Shown: positions 29,544-43,876 of the stretch, in pieces
Layout of the letters: every line of letters begins with the position of its first letter
How positions within the stretch are numbered: the stretch's first letter is position 1
From: Octopus vulgaris
Lineage: Eukaryota
Length of the DNA: 64,000 nt
Direction of reading: 5' to 3'
Assembly (NCBI GenBank): GCA_951406725.2
Contig: OX597815.1
Location: 165,664,001 to 165,728,000 of the forward strand
Made by a program: the position numbers and the translations under genes
The notes under the pieces: model-generated
The model's database searches: none
Told to the model about the DNA's origin: nothing
The model's input: the letters and a program-made list of their open reading frames with translations, nothing else

Positions 29544-29880
29544 GTACAGAAACAATATACCCAATTAAGTTTTCACTTTAATTATTGATATATTTTTATT
29601 TTCTTAATTTAATCGCATCACATTAGCTAATTCAGACAGGATTTGTAAGCTCTAAAAATAATGTTGATTGAGTAGATTTTGTATTATTATATATATATGT
29701 GCGTGTGTGTGTGTGTGCATGTCTGTGTGTATATGTGTATACATCTATACACACACACACACATACATACATGCGTACCTAAACACATAGATACTTATAC
29801 ACATACATACATATATATAAGCATACATATATACAAATACACACATACTTATACATATATACATATAAATACGTAGGTAG

Positions 29881-29932
<52 letters not shown>

Positions 29933-30106
29933 CTGTGTGTGTATGTATGTGTATATGCATGTATATGTATGTATGTGGGTGTATGTATGTGTGAATGTAT
30001 GTGCGTATGTATGTATGTAGAAGTATGTATATGTGTATGTGTGCGTGTATATGTGGTGGTGGTGGTGGCAGCGGCGGTGGTGGTGGTGGCGGCCGCGGCG
30101 GTGGTG

Positions 30107-30214
<108 letters not shown>

Positions 30215-30282
30215 CAAGGCAAAATTTCAGAAAGACGAAATATAGAGCTAACCATTCTGTCAATGAATTGTGCCATTTACTT

Positions 30283-30566
30283 CAGTGCTTCTCAAACTAT
30301 CTGATGTGGCGTACCGGCAGCTTTGTCTTTTTTTCCAACGTCCCAGGGACCGGTATTATTTCTTAGAAATATTAATTTATACTGGAAACAATATAATATA
30401 ATGAATATAATAAAAGCAGGCATTTTTTATTTATCTTATAAACAAATAATACAATATTAAATAAGCATTTTATAAGCATTTCATAAGCATTTTATAATGT
30501 TTCTTTCCTTCTGGGAACTCACCGGAAACGGCACCGGTCCGCGGACCATCACTTTGAGTAGCACTG
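30283..30566. mobile_element. hAT-type MITE
   Basis: TIRs cagtgcttctcaaa / tttgagtagcactg; perfect 8-bp TSD atttactt. Confidence 0.9.
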
Positions 30567-30724
30567 ATTTACTTTATGTTTATTATCTTTTATCTTTTAC
30601 TTGTTTTAGTCATTGGACTGCGGCCATGCTGGAACACCGCCTTTGGAAATTTTAGTCCAACTAATCGACCCCAGTACTTATTTCCTTTTCTAAGCCTGGT
30701 ACTTATTCTATCGGTCTCGTTCGC

Positions 30725-31900
30725 CACGGTGTCCTCTTATTCAACCGGGCTTCGGATAGGTGCGTCGCCGGTAATTGCACAATCTAAAATTTTAAATCCA
30801 ATAAGACATTCACAGCACCTCACAGACCCTTTCCACCCTATTGATATAATCCAGAGACAAGCCGGGGCCAGATATCCTAAGCCAATAACGGTCGCAGGCC
30901 CAAGAATGTGGGAACGTCATGATCTCAACCGCAAGCAAAAGACCCTTAATGTGTTCCATGTCATTCCTTGCATATCTGGTTTCATATCAGAATGACCTAG
31001 AGACTGAAAGTCGACTCGTGACCGAGCAAAACTACTTCCTAGATCCATTTTACCCTAAGAAATATCTCAAGCTTGGAAGTTAGGTCTCTCCGTCGCTGAT
31101 GACGTCCCATATGGCTTCCAAGGCCTCCAAGGGACTAAGAAGTCATTCCACACTGACCACAGGACCTCGCCTCCCAGCAGCTATCTGACCATTATGATGT
31201 TAAGATCTACAACACCAAGCGAGTTCACTGGTTGATGTATAAACTGTGCTACACAAAGTGCACAAGAGATCATGCTGAATTCACTTTGGTAGACGGAGGG
31301 TCCTTTGTGGCCATAACTATGACCGGGTAAGCCTGCTTTGAGAAGCAGGCACGACCACACTAGCCATAAGAAAGAAATTCCCTCATACCACTCTCAGGAA
31401 AAAGGTTCACATTCTTTGCACATACCTGGTGATTGTTCTATCTTCCCGGATGATTACTGTGTTTCTGAGCTTCCTCATTGTCACTAGCATTTCTGATCTT
31501 TCTTCCATGACCTCTCAAATGACTGTTCAGTTCCACTGCAGATCTATATGGTTTGAAGCTTGCTTAGGTGACAGACGAAAGCTGTAACTGCCACTAGAGA
31601 GATTCTGTGAGATATGATAACTGTGAACTGTCATGGATTTGCCAGCCCTTTCACACACTACACACATCGAACCATCCAGTCTAGAAGGAAGGACGTTGCA
31701 TACAGTTGGTCTTTCATTAAACTCCAAATGGTTGACATACTCAACCTCCGAAAGGAGTACACTGTAACTCCTCGTTGTGGTTTTGATTGCAGTCCCCGCC
31801 CCCGAAGCCATCGCTTTAGGATTTCGTGCTCAAGGTGACCATCTTCAAATGTTTTATAACCTTCTCTTATATGCTTTCTCCACTCAGCTCTTTCTATTTT
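30725..31900 (-). mobile_element. Rearranged RTE-like LINE remnant
   Basis: ERAEWRKHIREGYKTFE and CVVCERAGKS resemble an RTE C-terminus; the rest is unassigned. Confidence 0.45.
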
Positions 31901-31918
31901 GTTATGAATATTTGTGTT

Positions 31919-31952
<34 letters not shown>

Positions 31953-32048
31953 TGTATGTATGTATGTGTGTATGTATGTATGTTTGCATGTGTATACATA
32001 TAGTTATAAATATATATTATATATCACAAATGTCTATATCTATCTCCT

Positions 32049-32147
<99 letters not shown>

Positions 32148-32263
32148 TATTTATATACATTATATATATGTATGTATACACACACACGCACACACGCACG
32201 CAAACACACATACTTATACGCATGTGCGCACACGCATGATGTTCAATGATAATAATAATAATA

Positions 32264-32305
<42 letters not shown>

Positions 32306-32771
32306 CATTGTAGATAATATAAACTAAGAATTGTTTCAAAGTTTGCTTATATAATAATATTCTATTTTTCTGTGGGCGTAACTATACTGATTACAACGGT
32401 ATTAAGTTGTTAGTTGGGCTGAAGACTGCGCACGTTTATAGGAAAAAACACTAATGAAATTATTTGGCAGTCATATCTTTCTTAAGAATATTAATGGTGT
32501 ATGTGAACTGAACCAGCTACTACCGGAAATCATATTTCAGATCAAAGACTCGGCTTTATGTCGTAAGAAAATAATAAAACAATTTAGTTTACTTTATAGT
32601 ACTTCTGTAATATGCAAGGCTCTGGTAAATCAGAACGTAGTTTACTTTATAATATTTTGGCTATAAGCAAGGGTCTGGTACACCAGAATTTAGTTCATTT
32701 TATAGTACTTTAGTAATATGCAAGGCTCTGGTACAATAAAACCAGTATGCTCTGGGTTAGATATCTTATAT

Positions 32772-33319
32772 CAGCTGTCCTTAATCTCTTTTTTGCACCA
32801 GAAACCAGTTTCCTGTAACAATTTTTTCCTCTGACCGGAGTATAATGTACCTAACAAAACGCAATAAAGTGTATAATATATAATTTAATTGAATGCACTT
32901 GGCTCAGTGATTAGGGTGTTAGACTCATGATCGTAAGATTGTAGTTTCGATTCCTGGTCCGGGTGATGCGTTGTGTTCGTGAGCAAAACACTTCATTTCG
33001 TATTGTTCCAGTCCACTCAGCTGGAAAAAATGTGTAGGTCCATCCATGTGGGGAATATATACCACATGGAAACCGGAAAACTGGCCCTGTGAGTCTACTC
33101 GACCCGGGAACGAAATTTACAGCTAGATAATTTAGTTATTACATGTATAATATAGATATAATATATATAATACACGGACAATGAATTAGCATCCAACTGC
33201 AGACTGCGATAGTCAATGAAACAGAAATACAATTTTAAAATCTATTCTTTCTGGGGGCCCGGTCCCAAATGATACACGGCCTGGTACTGGTCTGTGGCCC
33301 GATGGTCGGGGACTCCTGC
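32772..33319. mobile_element. Degenerate hAT-type MITE containing an old tRNA-SINE (~32898-33110)
   Basis: 3' end ggtcggggactcctg; degenerate 5' end cagctgtcctt. Confidence 0.5.
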
Positions 33320-34182
33320 CTTACAGTACTACAAGTTTGGTTTCGACCTTGTATATCTTCAGCGTAAAATCAGATGAAGTCGACTTTGTATCATATCCCA
33401 CTCATGGAACTGGAGGGTTCTATAAAACTGATATATCTATTCCTTACAAGTTTTTAACCTTGCCCTAATTTTAAAGATACTGAATGGGCAGAATCGTGTA
33501 AAATGCATCGGACAAAAATGCCTTGTGGTATTTAGTTAAGGTCACTTATGTCCTGACTTCAAATCCCACTACGGTCAACTTTGTCTTTCATTGTTCCGGA
33601 GTCGACAAAATGAATTAGTTTTAGAAATCAATATTTAACCAATATAATTTCTAATTTATTATTTTTTTTTTGTTTTTGTTTTCTCTTCTTCAAATTTTGC
33701 TACTCTGTTACTATTTTTGTGCTATTTGGTTTAAAACATCATTAAAATTTAAAGTAAAAACAAATCAAATACTTGTTCCAGTGAGAATTCAAAGCAAAAC
33801 TAATGAAACAAGTAAGGGAAAATTAAAGCTAAAAACATATTGATAACAGCATTCCAAACGCTTGCTGTACTTGACTACCATTAATAGCCAGTGATTTAAG
33901 TGACTCGATGAATTAAATATCTTCGTCAACGAGAAAAATTATCTGCTACTGAAATGTTTCTCCAAATTTTAAATCGTTCACTGACTCAAACAAAAAGTAT
34001 CATGACAGAGATATGTATCTTCGAACCGAGAAATTTTTATATTATACATAAAATGTATATAACGTATATATAAAAAAATTAATATTAGCTAGTTATTACC
34101 AGATACAATATCTTCAATGAAACATACATGAATACATACATACATACACACACACACATACATACATACATACATACATACA

Positions 34183-34214
<32 letters not shown>

Positions 34215-34252
34215 CATACATACATATACACATATATACACATATATACATA

Positions 34253-34285
<33 letters not shown>

Positions 34286-35064
34286 ATATGCTCAAGACTT
34301 TATGCACATTCCATCCGCAAATTAAGAACATAATGATTATTAAGTATGTCCGAGCTTCCTGAAACAGCTATCGAGTTAAGGAGTTATGTTTTTTCTTTGT
34401 AGTATTCTGTAATTTTTATGCTTTATGTTAATATATTCGTACGTGTGTGTGTGGGGGGGGGGGTGTATGTGTGTGTGCACGTGCTTGTGTTTATTTTTCT
34501 GAATACATTTAGATATATGCGTCAATGTTTACCTGTGTGCCTATCTATCTATCTATTTATCAATACGTACACCCACACACACACACACAATACACAAACA
34601 CACATACACACACACATATATATATATGTATATATATATATATAAAATATGCAAATTTCTAATTTATATATGTTGTTTGTGCGTGTGGGTGTACGTATAT
34701 AATCGTATCATATATATATGCAATTGACAAAGAAATTATACAAAATCTTGGCACTTTTTAAAAACTGTTCTGTGTCGTAGAGAAATCGTCGACCCATGTT
34801 CACCATAGTCAAAAGATTATCTGGACGGTTGGCATAGCATAGAACACGAAAGCACGAGGAGAGGTTGTTGATCTCAAGCTTAACGTTTTTCTAATTCTTA
34901 GAGGAAAGACCTACAGAGATGGTTCAGCCACATTGGTTCACAGCGCAGCTTAGTATGCTCCAAGAAAGTGAGAGGGATAGCGAACCTTTCTAACAAAATT
35001 GTCTTAACAATGGTTCTCCTGCTACGCAATGCACTTAGGTTTCTGTATATACAATCACAGCAGA

Positions 35065-35260
35065 GTGGAGGCGCAATGGCCCAGTGGTTAGGGTAGCGGA
35101 CTCGCAGTCGTAAAAACGCGGTTTCGATTCCCAGACCGGGCATTGTGGGTGTTTATTGAGCAAAAACACCTAAGTTAAACGAGGCTCCGGTGGGGGCTGG
35201 GGAGAACCCCGCTGTACTCTTTCACCACAACTTTCTTTCACTCTTTCTTCCTACTTCTGC
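35065..35260 (+). mobile_element. SINE family C, 5' half
   Basis: Same tRNA-like head; flanks cacagcagag / caaagcagag. Confidence 0.8.
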
Positions 35261-36027
35261 CACAAAGCAGAGGAACCATGGTGTACCCACTATGGTGTGG
35301 TAAACTTTCAGACCCTAGTCTAGATTGCGAATCCTCTGTATCCCAGGATGGTTCAGCTCTCCACCCGTTAAAAGCCACCGTTTACGGAATGAGGATAACA
35401 ACATAGCTTTCGCGCCCGTGCAACCGCCAGTCTATCACGTGTGGTGGGTGGATCTTCAAGTTGCCACACGCATTCTTTGTAGCTTAGAGTAGGCTTGAAT
35501 TAGAGATTATTCTTTGTGGCTAATGGCGTGAGTCCTGATTGGAAGAAGACCACAGCAGACATAAATTAGCGTTGGTCGTCTAGACGAAGTGGTTGTCTTC
35601 GATAAACTATCCGAATGCTCTAAGACAGCACAAACTTCCCAGTTCTCGATTGGTACTTTATTTATCGTCCCCTGGAATGAGGAACAGTAAAGTTGACGAC
35701 AATGGGTTAGAATAATTGCTGCTAGACATTTGGTCCAGGCTTTAACGATTCTGTTTATCAATAGATGTTTAATGAAACAAAATTAGATCGAAGTCACAAT
35801 CCTTTTATTGTCATACCGGTATGTTCTCTCCCAGCAGTTACAAGACTGATATTGTTTTATAGCAGCATTAAAGATATTTGCTAATATAGAATCTCCTTCC
35901 CACACTCTCTTGCTCTCACTCTCTCTCTCTCTCTCTCTCCCGTTTCTCTACTCTAATATATACAAGCATACATGCACAAACTCTCACACACTCACCACAC
36001 ACACACACACACACACACGCGCGCACA

Positions 36028-36109
<82 letters not shown>

Positions 36110-36339
36110 AATTCGAGCAGTCTTGATCAGTAATGATTATGATAATTGTGTGTGTTTGTACGTATATGTATATATGTATATAATTATATATATATACATA
36201 TATATATACACATTACATATACTTACGTATACATATACATAATATATATGCATATATATACATATATAGCATATATATACATATATATATGTATGTATGT
36301 ATGTATTTATGTATGTATATATGTATATATGTATGTATG

Positions 36340-36401
<62 letters not shown>

Positions 36402-37443
36402 TGTATGCATGCATGTATATACATACATACATATACATATACAAATATACAAATATAAAACCATCTAGATTTCTGAGTACCTCATTTCTTCTAATATATA
36501 ATACCTGTACATCATCTCCAAACCTTCTAATATATGGGTATGTATGCGCGTGTGTGTGCGTGCGTTTGCATGTATATAAGTATGTATATGAAAGACAGTC
36601 CGATGAAAGCTAAATAGCCGGAACTTGATTGTATCTGCAAACCTTTTCCTTATAAAAATATATATGCGTGTCTAACGTGGGGATGTATGTTTATGTGTGT
36701 ACGAGATAGACAGGTAGATAGATAGAGAAGGAGAGAAAGAGAGAGAAAGAAAGAGAAGGAAAAGGGAGAGAGAGTCAGACAGATAAACAGACAGACAGAT
36801 AGACAGATGGATGGGATGTAAATGTGTGTTTTAGAAAGTTATGGTTGTACGTTGCAGAATACCTGATGTCTGCTTTCACATACTCTGGCATTCTAATAAA
36901 GTGTTGAGAATGTATTATTTTCGTTTCGATATTGTGTTCCAAACCATTTCATCAATTTTATAGACATTATAAAAAAAAAAAAATTTGAAGATCGATAACC
37001 GAAAGCGTCTCATTAGAAAAATCGATAACGTATATTTTTCCCATCGCAGCATATCATAAATCTATTTTAAACAACGACAATAACAATGTTCTCGACGACG
37101 ACGACGATGACAGCAACAATAGCAACTACAATTACATCACTACGTGACTATTTCTACCCCCCACTAGATGTCAAATAGAAGCAACACACCTACGAAATTG
37201 AAAGTTCAAATAATTAACATAGGAATAAAGAAGTATTACTACAATGAAATTATGTCGTTGCCTTTAGACAGAAACTTCAATTTATACTCATACGACAAGG
37301 ATAGCTAACGTAATTCGTTGCCTGGTTTTTAACAGTCTCATCATAGGGTAACACTAGCAGGTTGAATACTTAGGGTCTCCATTCGAATATTTTCTCTCTA
37401 ATTCTAACACATTCACCTTGTAATATTTTTGTCCTACCCTAAA

Positions 37444-38280
37444 GGGCGGCGAGCTGGCAAAAATGTTAGTACGCCGGGCGAAATGCGTAGCCGTATTTCG
37501 TCTGCCGTTACGTTCTGAGTTCAAATTAAGCCGAGGTCGACTTTGCCTTTCATCGTTTCGGGGTCGATAATTTAAGTACCAGTTACACACTGGGGCCGAT
37601 ATAATCGACTAAATCCGTTTGTCTGTCCTTGTTTGTCGTCTCTGTGTTTAGCCCCATGTGGGTAGTAAAGAAATAGGTATTTCGTCTGCCGTTACGTTCT
37701 GAGTTCAAATTCCGCCGAGGTCGACTTTGCCTTTCATCCTTTCGGGGTCGATAAATTAAGTACCAGTTACGCACTGGGGTCGATGTAATCGACTTAATTC
37801 CTTTGTCTGTCCTTGTTTGTCCCCTCTATGTTTAACCCCTTGTGGACAATAAAGAAATAAGAATCGTTAGCACACCGGGTGAAATGCTTTGCGGTATTTC
37901 GTCTGCCGTTACGTTCTGAGTTCAAATTCCGCCGAGGTCGACTTTGTCCTTCATCCTTTCGGGGTCGATAAATTAAGTACCAGTTACGCACTGGGGTCGA
38001 TGTAATCGTCTTAATCCCTTTGTCTGTCCTTGTTTGCCCCCTCTATGTTTAACCCCTTGTGGGCAATAAAGAAATAAGAATCGTTAGCTCGCCGTGCAAA
38101 ATGCTATGCGGCATTTCATCTGTCTTTATGCTCTGAGTTCAAATTCCGCCGAGGTCGACTTTGCTTTTCATCCATATCGAGGCAGATAAAATAAGTATTA
38201 ATTGTGCACTGGAGTCAATATAATCCACTTACTCCATTCTCCGAAATTACTGGCCTTCTGCCAACATTTGAAACCAATAT
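37444..38280 (+). repeat. Tandem array of four family A SINE units
   Basis: Repeated gttctgagttcaaatt...gtaaagaaata units, ending in an older-type tail. Confidence 0.85.
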
Positions 38281-38705
38281 TTTGGTCCTGCGCTTGATGT
38301 TATCAAACCAGTTTACTTTAGTTCTCCCTCTCAAGCATTTGCCATTTATCTTTCCTTCTAGTAAAAGTCTTTGTATAGTCTGTGCTCTATGTGACCAAAG
38401 TACTTCAGCTTTTATTTTCTCTAATAGTTGAGAGTAATATTTTTTCTGTTTGCTAGTTGTAGCACTCCTTCATTTGTTTTTGGTTTAGTCAAAGATATTC
38501 TTAATATTCTTCTATATGTTCACATTTCAAAAGTTTCTTGTTTGTCAGGGTTAGTTTTCGTCAATGTTCATGTTACTGCACCATTTATGAATATAGAGCA
38601 TATGTAACATTTACACAGCTGTTTTCTTGTTTCTGTATGTATATAGCTTGATGTTAAAGCCTTTGACGTGTTTCCATGTGATTTTCTTTCAAGTTCTATT
38701 CTTTA
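38280..38705 (-). pseudogene. RTE-like LINE remnant
   Basis: Minus strand FEM*TYRRILRISLT motif. Confidence 0.55.
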
Positions 38706-41122
38706 ACACCACACCCTGGATTTTTGAGGGCAGGCGCTTTAGAGGAGTTCACTTTGTTGCAAGCATCCCGGTCAGGTTTCCAGTTTGAGAATAATTTCCT
38801 CCATTCCTTCCACCAGTTCTTGGAGGCTCTGAAACATTTTATCAACAGAAAAAATTTGAGGAGGAAGAAGTTAGTCCATTTTCCATCAACCCCAATACTT
38901 GATTGGTACTTTCTTTTATCAAACCCGAAAGAATGAAGATCAATGGAATTTGAACTCAGTGAATCTGATCAGTGGTAAAGTGGTAAAGTTGATTCCATGT
39001 AGGCACAAGCACCACTTTTGGAGTATAGTATGTACAAAATGCAGAGGGCATTGTTAGGTTATGGATAGGGTACAAACAATTTTCGTATGAGCAAATAATA
39101 TGTGGTTACTGTATTTCTAGGAAGTGATGGGTAGTTACTAAGGTTGAAAAGAAGATCACAGATATTAACGTAGAGGAAGTGGAATTCTCTCAAAAATTTA
39201 CTTTCTAAATTGCGCAAGATCTTTTTCATTGTAAGGGCACAGTTTGTATAGAGAATGGGGAAATACTAGATGGAAAATGAGGGGAGGTGGAGGGAGAGAT
39301 AGGGGGAGAGAGAAAATAAAGCGGGTTAAAAATGTGATGTATAATAAGAGCTGGATTTATATCTATAATCTGGGGTTGGAATCGTAGTAAACAGGCCATC
39401 AACAGCTGTCTAACGCAGGAGGAAATAGTTGAGAAAGCTAAAAGAAAGCTTACTTCATAATAATTCAACTACCGAAATGAAGAGAGAGGAGAATTCTTAA
39501 AGACAGAACTGAACTGGTGCAAATATTAGCGAGTAAAACACTTGGCTACAGAAGTGATCACAGATTTAACAAAATGATTAACACTCAAGTAAACAAAGAT
39601 GTAGAAACAAAATAATTTCTTAAATAGAAAAAAAAACCCATCATTATTAGAATAACAACTGATTAAGGAGAAAATATTTGGCGAATTACAAAAAAGAAAG
39701 CAAAGAAACCTTGATAGCAAAATAAATGAAAAACTATGCAGATTCTCAGTAGTATAGTGAAGTCTACGTTGGTGTGAATATTTGTGAAATTTTTGAAAAC
39801 AGAAGTAAACTCAGATTTAGAAAAAATATTTCCAATAGATTTAACAAAGATTTTTTTTTTTCCTAAAGACACCCACCCACTCCGAAATTTCTTATTGCAT
39901 GCAGCAACAACATTGGCATCACCAACAATACCCAAACAAATGTGCTTTCTACATGGTTCCTCGAACTGGTAGACAGTAATGTTCTTAATCATACGTTTGC
40001 TCAATCAAAAATCGTACGTCTGCCCTAATCAAGTAAACATGATCAACGATATAACAGTTATGACCACTCGTCTTTCTATTATCAGGCGTGATATTTTGGA
40101 TAACATCCTTTAAGACTTTAAGCTGTGATTTGAAGGAAATTTGGTTGTTGCTATTTTTAGCAGATCGACAAACCACGTAAAGGATCATTCATTTGCTTGT
40201 CCCTATAGTTGTAAATGGGTTCGGTAGCATTAGTAAATACAATGAGTCGTATACAAAATATGGCTGGAACGGTTAATGAAGACAGTCGTGTTTTGAAGAA
40301 GAATGCATGAACGGAGTGGTGTTCATCGAAATGAAGAACAGCATAAAGGAATTGGTTCATGATTTCAGTAGAGATTCAATGTGTAACAATATAAAAGGAC
40401 AGTTGAAGATATCAGTTTTAATTGATGACTGGGTGCAATTGTCACGTTTAATATTGGTTTCAAATTTTGGCGCAAGGCCAGCAATTTCGGAGGTGGACGT
40501 AAGTCGGTTACATCGACCCCAGTACCCAACTGGTACTTATTTTCTCGACCCCGAAAGGATGACAGGCAAAGTCGATCCCAGCGGAATTCGAACTCAGAAC
40601 ATAAATGCTTAGCGGCATTTTGTCCGGCTTTATATACTGAGTTCGAATTTCGCTGAGGTCGACTTTGCCTTTAATCGTTTCGGGGTCGATAAAATAAGTA
40701 GCACTTGTGCACTGGGGTCGATATAATCAACTTAACCCCTTCTCCGAAATTGTTGGCCTTGTGCCAAAATTAGAAACCAATATAAAAATACCGGCGGATG
40801 ACAAGGAGGAAGAACATAATGAAATGATGTATTCACAAGATGGATCCTTTGTTATTTTCTTTTATTCGTCGACTGGTTTCAGTGATTTAGCTACGACCAT
40901 GCTGGAGTACCGCCTTCAAGGATTTTAATCTTCATTACACGTTCCAGACGTATTTTTCTACATAGCCTATTTATTTTCTAATGTTACCGAACTCATCTAC
41001 AAGCTATAAAGACGAGCAAATGAATGAACCTTTACGTGTCTTCTCAATCTGCTAGAAATAACAATCAAATCTTCCTCGAATCACAGCCTACTGTCTTAAA
41101 GAATGTTGTCCAAAATATATTT

Positions 41123-41540
41123 ATTTCTTTATTGCCCACAGGGGGTGGGGGTGAACATAAAGGGGACAAACAAGGACAGACAAAGGGATTAAGTCGATTA
41201 CATCGACCCCAGAGCGTAACTGGTACTTATTTAATCGACCCCAAAAAGATGAACGGCAAAGTCGACCTCGGCAGAATTTGAACTCAGAACGTAGCGGCAG
41301 ACGAAATACCTATTTCTCTACTACCCAAAAGGGGATAAACACAGAGAGGACAAACAAGGACAGACAAAGGTATTAAGTCGATTACATCGACCCCAGTGCG
41401 TAACTGGTACTTAATTTATCGACCCCAAATGGATGAAAGGCAAAGTTGACACGGCGGAATTTGAACTCAGAACGTAACGGCAGACGAAATACCGTTAGGC
41501 ATTTCGCCCGGTGTGCTAACGTTTCTGCCAGCTCGCCACC
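41123..41540 (-). mobile_element. SINE family A dimer within one TSD
   Basis: Two units; ttgtccaaaatatattt on both sides. Confidence 0.85.
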
Positions 41541-42436
41541 TTTGTCCAAAATATATTTGACAATAGATTATTCAATACTTTGAGATTTATTTTACTGGTC
41601 TCGTAAAGGACTGCAAAGTCATCCTGAGCGTAAAGGGACATACCCAGTTACTACAAGGTATTTTCACTCGACCTCCTACTGGTTCTACCATCCTTCAGTA
41701 ATATTACACGTTTGTATATACGTACATACACTTACGTACAACGGACTTTCGCGCACACTCTAACGACCAAATTTTGCTCACAAGGCTTTGGTTAATCCAA
41801 GGCTACTACAGTATAAGACCTTTGCCAAAAGTACCGTACAGTGAAGTCGAACCCCAAACCAAATGATTGCGAACCGAACTTCTTAACCACACGGCCATGT
41901 CTGTGCTGATTTAACTGTTTGCTAATATACTTTTGTTGTATGGCATGTCAGGCATTATGAAAAGGAATGGTTTAGTAATAGATGTTCAGCTATGTGGCTC
42001 TTGTTGGTTGATCGATTAAGTATTTATAGTTACAAAATAGAATTCTGCAAACAGTCTCTTGAGATGGAGAGGAGAATCTCGCTATTATGTTATGAAAAAC
42101 AAACTTTCTAAAAGATCATCTCGTTGAGAGGAGACACTCAACAGTCGATAAAAAGTTACAAGAAAGAGCAAAATATAGAAATGCCATGATATGATTTTCA
42201 TGAAAGTCGTCTCCTTCATCATCATCATCATCATCATCGTCGTCGTCGACGAAAGTTTTTAAATTTCTTTTTAATATAGTGCATAACGTCTCTTCCCCTT
42301 GTTTTATAACTCCGTTGTGTTTATCCTCAGATAATTTCAGACACCTTTGAATATGTTCTTTTTTTAATTTTATTAATTAATGGGCCTTTTATGATTAATG
42401 AAAATAAAAAAAATATTGTTGTTGTTGTTGCTATTA

Positions 42437-42551
<115 letters not shown>

Positions 42552-42744
42552 TGAAAGTGGTGAGCTGGCAGAATCGTCAGCATACTGGGGAAAATGCATA
42601 GCGGTATTTCGTCCGTCTTTACGTTCTAGTTCGAATTTCATCCTTTCGGGGTCGCTAAAATAATCACCAGTTGAGTACTGGGGTCGATGTAATTGACTAG
42701 CCCCTCCTCCCAAAATTTCAAGGTTTGTACTATCAGTAGAAAGG

Positions 42745-42783
<39 letters not shown>

Positions 42784-43296
42784 GTTGTTGTTGTTACTGT
42801 CATCATCATTATCATCGTCATCGTCATCATCATCATCATCATCATTAAGGCGTCGAGTTGGTAGAATCATTAGAAAGCCGGGCAAAATGCTTAGCAGCAT
42901 TTCATCCGTCTCTACGATCTGAGTTCAAGTTCCGTCGAGGTCGACTTTACCTTTCATCCTTTCGGGGGTCATTTAAATAAGTACCAGTTGAGTACTGAGG
43001 TCGATGTAATCAACTTACCCCTTCTCCCGAGCGTGCTGACCTTGTGCCAAAATTAGAAATCATCGTTATTATTGTTATTATTATTATTATCATTAGGACG
43101 GTGAGCTGGCAGAATCGTTTGCACACCGGGCAAATGCTTAGCAGTATTTCATTTGCTGCTACGTTCTGAGTTCTATTTCCGCCGAGGTCGACTTTTCCTT
43201 TCATCCTTTCGGGGTCGATAAAGTTCAGTACTGGGGTCGAAGTAATCGACTTAGTCCCTTCCCTGAAATTACTGGCCTAGTGCCAAAATTTGAAAA

Positions 43297-43378
<82 letters not shown>

Positions 43379-43532
43379 CCGAGGCCGACTTTGCCTTTCA
43401 TCCTTTCGGGGTCGATTAAATAAGTACCAGTTACGTTCAGGGGTCGATGTATTCGACTTAATCCCTTTGTCTGTCCTTGTTTGTCTACCCTTGTGGGCAA
43501 TAACGAAATAACAATTATTATTATTATTATTA

Positions 43533-43578
<46 letters not shown>

Positions 43579-43587
43579 TATTATTAT

Positions 43588-43620
<33 letters not shown>

Positions 43621-43703
43621 TACTATTGTTATTATTGTTGTTGTTGTTGTTGTTGTTATTATTATTATTATTATTATTATTGTTATTATTATCATTTAAC
43701 TAG

Positions 43704-43876
43704 CTGCGTATTTAATTGCAACGGCCAGTTGTCAATAAGAAACGACTGGTCTCTCGGAGTATCCATAGCCCTTGCACCCGGCCAGAATATATCGTTGGCT
43801 TCGTTTTTCTGGGAACTTTATCGATATGTAGACGGAATATATGAACCAGTAGAAGACTGGGAAGACTGGACAGCAG
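43704..43876 (+). CDS. REJ-like gene exon, (S)CVFNCNGQLSIRNDW...FFWELYRYVDGIYEPVEDWEDWTA(G); absent from the ORF track
   Basis: Acceptor tag 43701-43703, donor gtaagc 43877; enters phase 2, matching the previous exon (AG+C=Ser) and giving I-S-CxxNC typical of REJ modules; exits phase 1, matching the next exon. Confidence 0.8.

Noticed and set aside
33335-33365. Minus-strand CUGAAGA...GAAA hammerhead candidate
   Set aside because: Stems II and III do not pair
37444-38280. CRISPR-like or satellite array
   Set aside because: Units are SINE bodies without unique spacers; eukaryotic context; no cas genes
39000-39960. L1/Tx1-like remnant (and a LINE endonuclease-like remnant at ~17600-18480)
   Set aside because: Only faint motif traces; too decayed to classify without an alignment
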